A stretch of 64,000 bases of DNA from Candidatus Kapaibacterium sp. (GTDB taxonomy: Bacteria; Bacteroidota; Ignavibacteria; Kapaibacteriales; UBA2268). The stretch is from positions 3,200,001 through 3,264,000 of the forward strand of contig OY762428.1 of the NCBI GenBank assembly GCA_963665665.1. Direction: 5' to 3'. Position numbers and translations under genes: made by a program. The notes beneath the pieces were generated by a model. It was not told the DNA's origin. It did not search any database and saw nothing but the letters and a program-made list of their open reading frames with translations. Numbering within the stretch: position 1 is the stretch's first letter; each line of letters starts with the position of its first letter. Shown piece by piece: positions 57,049 to 64,000 of this stretch.

Positions 57049-58479
57049 ATGGACAACAATGAATCAATTAGTCTGACAGATGAACAAAAAGAGAAAATAA
57101 TAAATTTCGTGCATTCGGGAAATAATATAGATAAACCCCTGACACCAAGGCAAATAGTTGATGCTTTGGATAAATTTGTTATCGGCCAGGGCGACGCCAA
57201 GAAAGCTGTTGCTATTGCTCTCAGAAATCGTTGGCGACGGCAGCAGGTAAGCAGTGTGATAAAAGATGAGATTATGCCGAATAATATTATACTCATCGGC
57301 CCTACAGGTGTTGGTAAAACCGAGATTGCACGTAGATTGGCAAAGCTGTCAAATGCTCCGTTTATCAAAGTGGAAGCTACAAAATTTACCGAAGTAGGCT
57401 ACGTGGGGCGCGATGTTGAATCGATGATTCGCGACCTGATGGAAAGAGCTGTTTCAATTGTTCATGACGAACAGACAGCAAGGAAAAAGAAAAAAGCGAA
57501 AATTGCTGCCGAGGACAGAATTATTGATATTCTTATTCCTCCTGTAAAACGCGGCCCTTCGTTTGATACTTTGAGCGATGAAGAAATTGAATCCAATTCA
57601 CGAACAAGGGAAAAATTTCGGGATATGCTGCGCGAAGGCAAACTTGATGACAGGGAAATTGAAATTGATATTACAGTTGATGCTATGCCCATGCAGGTTC
57701 TTGGTCCTATCGGCCTTGATGAAATGGGTATGAACCTTCAGGATCTTTTCGGCAATATGATGCCAAAGAAGCACAAGAAACGCAAAATGAAGATCAAGGA
57801 TGCTATCAAGGTAATTGAAAAACAGGAAGTTGAAAAACTGATAGATATGGATGCTGTTGTAAAGGAAGCACTCCATCGTACTGAAAACTCAGGTATTGTT
57901 TTTATTGACGAGGTTGATAAAATTACGTCCCGTGCAAACTCAGGCTCAGGCCCGGAAGTTTCCCGCGAAGGAGTTCAACGGGACTTGTTGCCCATAGTTG
58001 AAGGAAGTACCGTCAATACAAAGCATGGTATGGTTCATACGGACCATATTCTGTTTATAGCATCGGGCGCCTTTCACGTGGCTAAGCCCTCTGATCTTAT
58101 TCCCGAGCTTCAGGGACGTTTTCCTATCAGGGTAGAATTAAAAAGCCTTACCGAAGAAGATTTTGTAAAGATACTAACCCTGCCGGAAAATGCATTGATA
58201 AAACAATACAAAGCATTGATGGAAACTGAAGAAATTGAACTTGATTTCGACGAAGAATCCATTAAGGAAATTGCGGCAAATGCTGCCAAGGTAAATGCCG
58301 AGGTAACAAATATCGGTGCCAGAAGGTTGCACACTATTCTTACAACTTTGTTGGAAGAATTGCTATTTAATGCTCCCGATAATGTTGAAGAAAAGAAGAT
58401 TACAGTTACAAAGGAAATGGTAAACGAGAATCTTGGTGCAATTGCCAGAAATATTGATGTAAGCAAATTTATTCTGTAA
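57049..58479 (+). CDS. hslU: ATP-dependent protease ATPase subunit
   Basis: ALRNRWRR, GPTGVGKT, FTEVGYVGRDVES, EGVQRDLLP, NIGARRL. Confidence 0.97.
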   Translation: MDNNESISLTDEQKEKIINFVHSGNNIDKPLTPRQIVDALDKFVIGQGDAKKAVAIALRNRWRRQQVSSVIKDEIMPNNIILIGPTGVGKTEIARRLAKLSNAPFIKVEATKFTEVGYVGRDVESMIRDLMERAVSIVHDEQTARKKKKAKIAAEDRIIDILIPPVKRGPSFDTLSDEEIESNSRTREKFRDMLREGKLDDREIEIDITVDAMPMQVLGPIGLDEMGMNLQDLFGNMMPKKHKKRKMKIKDAIKVIEKQEVEKLIDMDAVVKEALHRTENSGIVFIDEVDKITSRANSGSGPEVSREGVQRDLLPIVEGSTVNTKHGMVHTDHILFIASGAFHVAKPSDLIPELQGRFPIRVELKSLTEEDFVKILTLPENALIKQYKALMETEEIELDFDEESIKEIAANAAKVNAEVTNIGARRLHTILTTLLEELLFNAPDNVEEKKITVTKEMVNENLGAIARNIDVSKFIL

Positions 58480-58515
58480 TCTGAACATTTGTTTTATCAG
58501 CAAATTTTATAATAC

Positions 58516-58548
58516 ATCCGTTCACATCAGGTGAGCGGATATTTTTTT
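58516..58548 (+). terminator. Terminator after hslU
   Basis: ATCCGTTCAC/GTGAGCGGAT stem followed by a T-run. Confidence 0.8.
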
Positions 58549-58693
58549 GCCATGTATCAGGCCTGCAGCGAGGATGGAATGGAATATATGGCAATTTTTT
58601 GATGCCTGATACTGCTTCGAAATAAAATTTTTACCTTTTATTTTCGTGCTTAGCTAATATTTGATTTTGGCATGATTAAATTTTTACTTATAT

Positions 58694-58711
58694 TAGTTGC
58701 TATTACAACTA
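58694..58711. promoter_or_regulatory. Probable MarR operator palindrome
   Basis: TAGTTG-N6-CAACTA directly before the probable MarR ATG. Confidence 0.55.
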
Positions 58712-58713
58712 TT

Positions 58714-59187
58714 ATGATGAAAAAAGAAAAAATAGAAACGATTTTAATACATCAGATAGGATATACTTCCCGGCTGATGAGCAACTGTATCAACAGGATA
58801 GCCTCTGTTCGCGGGCTGGATGTTTCTTACGGGCAGATGCCGATAATGATGATGCTCCGCGCCCGTGAAACTTGTCCGCAAAATGATATTGTAAAGGCAG
58901 TAATGAAAGAAAAGGCTACTGTTACCAGGCTGATAAACAGCATGGAGAAAAAGGGCCTGGTATCAAAGAGAAAGAATCCTGACGACAAAAGAAATAACCT
59001 GATATCCCTTACGCAAAAAGGTAAAGCCCTGATGGATGACCTCCAGCCGCTGCTGGAAAATTTCAACAAACAGGTAAGAACAGGGCTGCCGGAGGAGGAT
59101 ATTCAGTATTTCGACAGAATTATCAGGAAAGTACAGCAGAATATATTTTCCTGCCACAGATTATTTGAAAAGAATATTGATGAATAA
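58714..59187 (+). CDS. MarR family regulator
   Basis: KATVTRLINSMEKKGLV...DKR...LTQKG. Confidence 0.92.
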   Translation: MMKKEKIETILIHQIGYTSRLMSNCINRIASVRGLDVSYGQMPIMMMLRARETCPQNDIVKAVMKEKATVTRLINSMEKKGLVSKRKNPDDKRNNLISLTQKGKALMDDLQPLLENFNKQVRTGLPEEDIQYFDRIIRKVQQNIFSCHRLFEKNIDE

Positions 59188-59202
59188 ATTTAAAGTACTG
59201 AA

Positions 59203-60315
59203 ATGAGAAAATTTATCGTTGTAGGAACAGCACTGGCAATTTTGGTATTGTCGTTTGTTGTGTTCAAAGTTTTTTCCGGTATGGAAAAGCCGCCGGAACC
59301 TGCCAAAGCTTATGAATCGGTGAAATATGTTAATGCTGAAAAAGTTGTATACAGCGACCACAGGGCAGGCATAAGTGCTAATGGCAGGGTCAGATCTTCG
59401 GAAAGGATTGAAATCTATCCTGAAGTGAACGGATTGATGATGGATACTAAGCCTGATTTTAAAACCGGTTCATTTTTCCCGAAAGGCAGCAGCATCATAA
59501 AAATTGATGACAGGGAAATCCGGCTTACGATAAAATCCTTAAGGGCTGATTTCTTAAATGCCATTACACAAATGATGCCTGATATTAAATCTGATTTTCC
59601 GGGTGAATTTAGCAAGTGGAAGTCATTTCTTGATAAGATTGAGATAGACTCGCCACTGCCTGAAATGCCTTCGGTGTCGGGTGAGAAAGAAAAATATTTC
59701 ATTGCCGGAAGAAATATTCTGAAGCTTTATTATAATATTAAAAATCAGGAATTAAGGCTTGAAAAGCATGAAATAAAAGCTCCCTTCGACGGAGTAGTTA
59801 TTCAAAGCATGGCAGAGCCTGGCACATTTCTCCGCGTGGGAATGAAGGCCGGTGAATTTGCCGGAATCGGTAATTATGAAATTGAACTGCCTATTCCGGA
59901 AACCGAAATTGCATTTATAGATAAAAGCAGCCCGATAATACTTTTTGATGACAGTAACGGCAAATCTGCGAAAGCTTTTATAAAGAGAATCAGTAAGCAT
60001 ATCGATCCCGGTACGCAGACAATTACCATTTTTGCCGGAGCCAGCGCGTCCTGGATAAAAGACGGTATGTATCTGCGGGCCGAAATCGGAGGCAAGGATA
60101 TTAGTAATTCCGTAATAGTCCCGAGAAGCGCTATCTACAACAACAGCTATGTGCATCTGATTGAAAACAGCAAGCTTACAAGGAAAAAAGTTGAGGTTGT
60201 ATATAGCGGTGAGAATAAAACCTATATCAGGGGCATTGAAGAAGGCGCAATGGTTATAACCGATGCTCTTGTAAATGCGGCGCTGGGGATAAAAGTTAAG
60301 GCAATTGAGAAATAA
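59203..60315 (+). CDS. RND efflux periplasmic adaptor
   Basis: N-terminal TM; EVNG, IKAPFDG, IDPGTQT, VPRSA. Confidence 0.9.
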   Translation: MRKFIVVGTALAILVLSFVVFKVFSGMEKPPEPAKAYESVKYVNAEKVVYSDHRAGISANGRVRSSERIEIYPEVNGLMMDTKPDFKTGSFFPKGSSIIKIDDREIRLTIKSLRADFLNAITQMMPDIKSDFPGEFSKWKSFLDKIEIDSPLPEMPSVSGEKEKYFIAGRNILKLYYNIKNQELRLEKHEIKAPFDGVVIQSMAEPGTFLRVGMKAGEFAGIGNYEIELPIPETEIAFIDKSSPIILFDDSNGKSAKAFIKRISKHIDPGTQTITIFAGASASWIKDGMYLRAEIGGKDISNSVIVPRSAIYNNSYVHLIENSKLTRKKVEVVYSGENKTYIRGIEEGAMVITDALVNAALGIKVKAIEK

Positions 60316-60330
60316 AAGAATTGAGAAAAA

Positions 60331-63300
60331 ATGAAAAACATTGTTAATTTCTTTATTAAATATCCTTCCTGGGCTACTGTTATCAAGATTTTGATAATGG
60401 GATTTGGCCTTGCTGCCGTTTTCAGCATGAAATCCTCTTTCTTTCCGGAAATGGATTCAAAAACAATATCCATCCAGATAACCTACCCGGGCGCTTCGCC
60501 GCTTGAAATAGAAAAAGGTATTATCCAGAAGATAGAAGATAACCTGAAGGGAGTTCAGGGAATTGAACGATACACATCACAGTCCAGGGAAAATATCGGA
60601 ACAATATCAATAGAAACACTGAAAAGCCATGATGTTGATGAGGTTCTCCAGGATGTAAAAAATGCCGTTGACAGGATAAATTCTTTCCCTACAGGTATGG
60701 AACCTCCGGTTGTATTCAAGAATCCCGCAACTGAATTCGCAATTAATTTCTCTGTTACGGGCGATGTGGATATTAAATCACTAAAAACAATTGCGCGTGA
60801 TGTTGAAAATGATCTGCGTGGTATCAAGGGGATATCCCAGGTTAGTATTGGCGGATACCCGGACGAGGAAATTCTTATTGCCGTGAAAGAAGATCAAATG
60901 CGGGCTTACGGTGTCAGTTTCGATCAGATATCAAATGCCGTAAGGATGGCAAATATAGATATTTCTGCCGGATCGATAAAATCAAGAAACGAGGAAATCC
61001 TGATTCGTTTTGAAGGTAAGGAATATTTTGCAGAGGAAATGCAGGACATTGTAATCAAATCAATGCCAGACGGCAGGCTTGTTCTGCTTAGCGATGTGGC
61101 GGAAGTCAGCAATACATGGGCGGAATCACCGCAAAGCACACATATTAACGGCCAGAGATCGGTTATAATAACTATAAATAAAATTTATGGCGAGGATATT
61201 TTATTCATTACCAGCCGTGTCCGGGAGTATGTTGACGAATTCAACAAAGAGAACGAAGTTGTCAAAGCCGCAGTACTTGACGATTTCACGATAAACCTGC
61301 GCGACAGGCTGGATATGCTTGTTGATAACGGAGCTCTTGGTATTATCCTTGTACTGATATCACTATCTTTCTTTCTGAAATTCCGGCTGGCATTCTGGGT
61401 TGCAATGGCAATACCATTCTCATTTCTCGGGATGTTCCTCACGGGATATATTTTCGGATTAACGATAAACGTAATATCTCTCTTTGGCTGTATCCTGGTT
61501 GTCGGTATCCTTGTTGATGACGGGATAGTTATCGCCGAGCAGATATATCAGAACTACGAGCGCGGCAGAAGGCCCTTCTCGGCTGCAATCAGGGGAACTA
61601 TGGAGGTTATGCCTTCTGTTACATTTGCCATACTTACAACAATTGTTGCTTTCCTGCCATTCTTCTTCTTTGACGGACGCCAGGGAGAAATGATGACTGA
61701 TATGGCATTTGTGGTAATATTCACGATAGCATTTTCGCTCGTGGAGGCCTTTATAATATTACCCGCACACCTGGCACACTCAAAAGCCATCAGGCAGACC
61801 AAAAAAGAAAATAAATTCCGGAAAAAACTTGATCAATGGCTTTACTGGCCAAGGGATAAATTCTATGCTCCGTCATTGAAATTTTTCCTTGATAATAAAA
61901 TTATTATCGCCGCCAGCGCAATTTTCATGACTATGGCTACAATCGGGGCATTCAAAGGCGGTGTAATAGGGCTTACTTTCTTTCCATTCATTGATATGGA
62001 TTCATTCGAGATCACTCTTCAAATGCCCGCCGGAACAAGGGAATATGAAACAGAAAAATACCTTGACAAAATAGAAAAAGCAGTATGGGAAGCTAACGAG
62101 GAAATTAAAAAGCAGCGCCCGGACGGCAAAGATGTTATTATCAGGGTGGTAAAAAATATGGCTCAGGGCCAGACAGGGCTTTGGGGAGCAGTAAACACCG
62201 GGGGTTCCAATATCGGAACGCTGAAAGTTGTGATGCTTAAGGGCGAAGAAAGAAACATGGAAAGTTTTAAAATTTCCAATGTTATCCGAGAAAAAGTCGG
62301 CCCGATAAAAGAAGCTGAAAAACTTTCCTATGGTACCGGTTCCCGTTTCGGCAAGCCGATATCAATACCGCTTATAAGCCCGGATTTTGAAGAACTGGAA
62401 GGAGCCAGGCAGGAACTGAAAGCCCGTTTGAACGAGATAAGCGAGCTCAGGGATGTATCTGATAATTCCCCGAGCGGCTTAAGGGAAATAAAGATCAGGC
62501 TAAAGGAAAATGCAAGAATACTCGGCCTTACAGGTCTTGGAATTGCCAGCCAGATAAGACAGGGATTTTTCGGCGAGGAAATCCAAAGGCTTCAGAGGGG
62601 GCAGGATGAAATAAAAGTTTGGGTCAGGTTCGTGCCTGAGGACAGGTCGAGCATGAAAAAATGGGAGGATATGAGAATCCGGACTCAAAATGGCGAGGAG
62701 TTTCCCTTATCCCAACTAATAAGCTATGAAATTAAAAGAGAAAATGAAGTAATAAACCACCTTGACGGGAACAGGGAAATTACAATCGAAGCAGATATGG
62801 TTGACCAGAATGCTGAAGTTCCTCCTGTTTTAAACAGGGTAACCGGAGAGATTCTTCCTGAAATTCTGGCAAAATATCCAAGTGTTAAAACTGCTGAAAG
62901 CGGCCAGAAAAGGGAAATATTCAAAACAGCACGTTCTGCAAGGGTTGCCATGCCCGTGGCTTTCATCATTATGTTCTTCCTTGTGCTGCTTAGTTTCAGG
63001 TCAACAATGCAGGCTGTATTGGTATTCTCATTATTACCTCTTGGTTTTATCGGAGCTGCATGGGGGCATTTCTTCCAGGATATGCCGGTAAATATGATGT
63101 CGGCTTATGGTATAATCGCATTAACCGGTATTATTGTGAATGATGCCATTGTATTTATAAATACATTTAATCAATACATGAGGGACGGAAGGCAGTTTAA
63201 GCAGGCCCTTTTCGATGCAGGAATTAACAGGTTCAGGCCGATATTGCTAACAACATTGACAACCGTTCTGGGCCTATTGCCATTACTTTCCGAAACAAGT

Positions 63301-63516
63301 ATGCAGGCTCAGTTCCTTAAACCAATGGCAATATCGGTGGCGTTCGGCTTAACACTGGCTTCATTTTGTACGCTCGTATTCCTGCCGGTATACATGATGA
63401 TTTTCAATAAAATGAAAATTTATGCCAAATATATCTGGACAGGCCAAAAACCGACTCCCGAAGAAGTGGAACCGGCAGTAATTGAAATGAGAAAAATTCA
63501 GGAAAATGCAGAGTAA
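60331..63516 (+). CDS. RND efflux permease
   Basis: YPGASP, GILVDDGIV, GIIVNDAIV, RFRPILLTTLTT. Confidence 0.95.
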   Translation: MKNIVNFFIKYPSWATVIKILIMGFGLAAVFSMKSSFFPEMDSKTISIQITYPGASPLEIEKGIIQKIEDNLKGVQGIERYTSQSRENIGTISIETLKSHDVDEVLQDVKNAVDRINSFPTGMEPPVVFKNPATEFAINFSVTGDVDIKSLKTIARDVENDLRGIKGISQVSIGGYPDEEILIAVKEDQMRAYGVSFDQISNAVRMANIDISAGSIKSRNEEILIRFEGKEYFAEEMQDIVIKSMPDGRLVLLSDVAEVSNTWAESPQSTHINGQRSVIITINKIYGEDILFITSRVREYVDEFNKENEVVKAAVLDDFTINLRDRLDMLVDNGALGIILVLISLSFFLKFRLAFWVAMAIPFSFLGMFLTGYIFGLTINVISLFGCILVVGILVDDGIVIAEQIYQNYERGRRPFSAAIRGTMEVMPSVTFAILTTIVAFLPFFFFDGRQGEMMTDMAFVVIFTIAFSLVEAFIILPAHLAHSKAIRQTKKENKFRKKLDQWLYWPRDKFYAPSLKFFLDNKIIIAASAIFMTMATIGAFKGGVIGLTFFPFIDMDSFEITLQMPAGTREYETEKYLDKIEKAVWEANEEIKKQRPDGKDVIIRVVKNMAQGQTGLWGAVNTGGSNIGTLKVVMLKGEERNMESFKISNVIREKVGPIKEAEKLSYGTGSRFGKPISIPLISPDFEELEGARQELKARLNEISELRDVSDNSPSGLREIKIRLKENARILGLTGLGIASQIRQGFFGEEIQRLQRGQDEIKVWVRFVPEDRSSMKKWEDMRIRTQNGEEFPLSQLISYEIKRENEVINHLDGNREITIEADMVDQNAEVPPVLNRVTGEILPEILAKYPSVKTAESGQKREIFKTARSARVAMPVAFIIMFFLVLLSFRSTMQAVLVFSLLPLGFIGAAWGHFFQDMPVNMMSAYGIIALTGIIVNDAIVFINTFNQYMRDGRQFKQALFDAGINRFRPILLTTLTTVLGLLPLLSETSMQAQFLKPMAISVAFGLTLASFCTLVFLPVYMMIFNKMKIYAKYIWTGQKPTPEEVEPAVIEMRKIQENAE

Positions 63517-63519
63517 GTT

Positions 63520-64000
63520 ATGAAATCAAATATTGAAACAAATATCAGGAAAATGCATAGCAGAAGCGGTAAGATTGCCGATTACCCGTGGGTATTGTCA
63601 TTATTGATTATCGTTTTTTCTGCTGTTTTTTCGACAACAGCTATTTCAAAGGATATTATGACCCTTGAAGAAGCTGTGAAAATTACCCTGGCAAACAATT
63701 ACTCGGTTATAATGTCGAAGAAAAGCGCCGAAATAGCTGATAATAACAGGGGTGCCGGAAATGCCGGAATGTTGCCAAAACTTGACATTACTGCCGGCTA
63801 CCAGTATAATAACAAAGATATTGACCTGGAACTGGCCGGAGGTAACAGAATCAAACAGGACGGCAACACGGACAGGGCTTATAATTATGCTGCACAGCTT
63901 AGCTGGACTTTATTCGACGGCATGGCAATGTTCATTACATACGATAAAAACGAAGCCCTGAAAGAGAAATCCGATATTGAACTCCAGGTGGCAATGGAAA
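63520..64000 (+). CDS. TolC family outer-membrane factor, N-terminal fragment
   Basis: Read manually: ..MTLEEAVKITLANNYS..GNAGMLPKL..LSWTLFDG; runs off the window end. Confidence 0.88.
   Translation, partial: MKSNIETNIRKMHSRSGKIADYPWVLSLLIIVFSAVFSTTAISKDIMTLEEAVKITLANNYSVIMSKKSAEIADNNRGAGNAGMLPKLDITAGYQYNNKDIDLELAGGNRIKQDGNTDRAYNYAAQLSWTLFDGMAMFITYDKNEALKEKSDIELQVAME

Overview
Bacterial genomic window. T9SS C-terminal domains, Bacteroidota-style REP palindromes and Shine-Dalgarno use suggest an FCB/Bacteroidota-related host (Kapabacteria/Ignavibacteria-like; inference). Main blocks: (1) 3.0-23.9 kb, a near-complete reductive-type dissimilatory sulfate reduction cluster: sat-aprBA-[Zn-ribbon]-[YkgJ]-qmoC-dsrABD-dsrN-[ferritin-like]-dsrL-dsrC-[Cys-rich multi-PAS degenerate kinase]-dsrTMKJOP. 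Neither qmoAB nor dsrEFH is in the window. (2) 24-41 kb, an accessory region: tricorn protease, REP-like palindrome mosaics, a repeat-truncated rhuM, an RHH/MazF pair, outer-membrane lipoproteins, pepA and T9SS cargo genes. Two of the T9SS genes carry DNA palindromes in frame within their CTD-coding sequence. (3) 41-49.5 kb, a divergent sigma54-type locus with an Hmc-like membrane redox complex whose NrfD/HybB subunit is fused to a hexaheme cytochrome c3-like domain. (4) 49.5-64 kb, housekeeping genes: porin, mtnA, glgA, hslVU and MarR-RND-TolC. No rRNA, tRNA, CRISPR array, integrase or transposase was recognised. All calls are by eye; no database searches were run.
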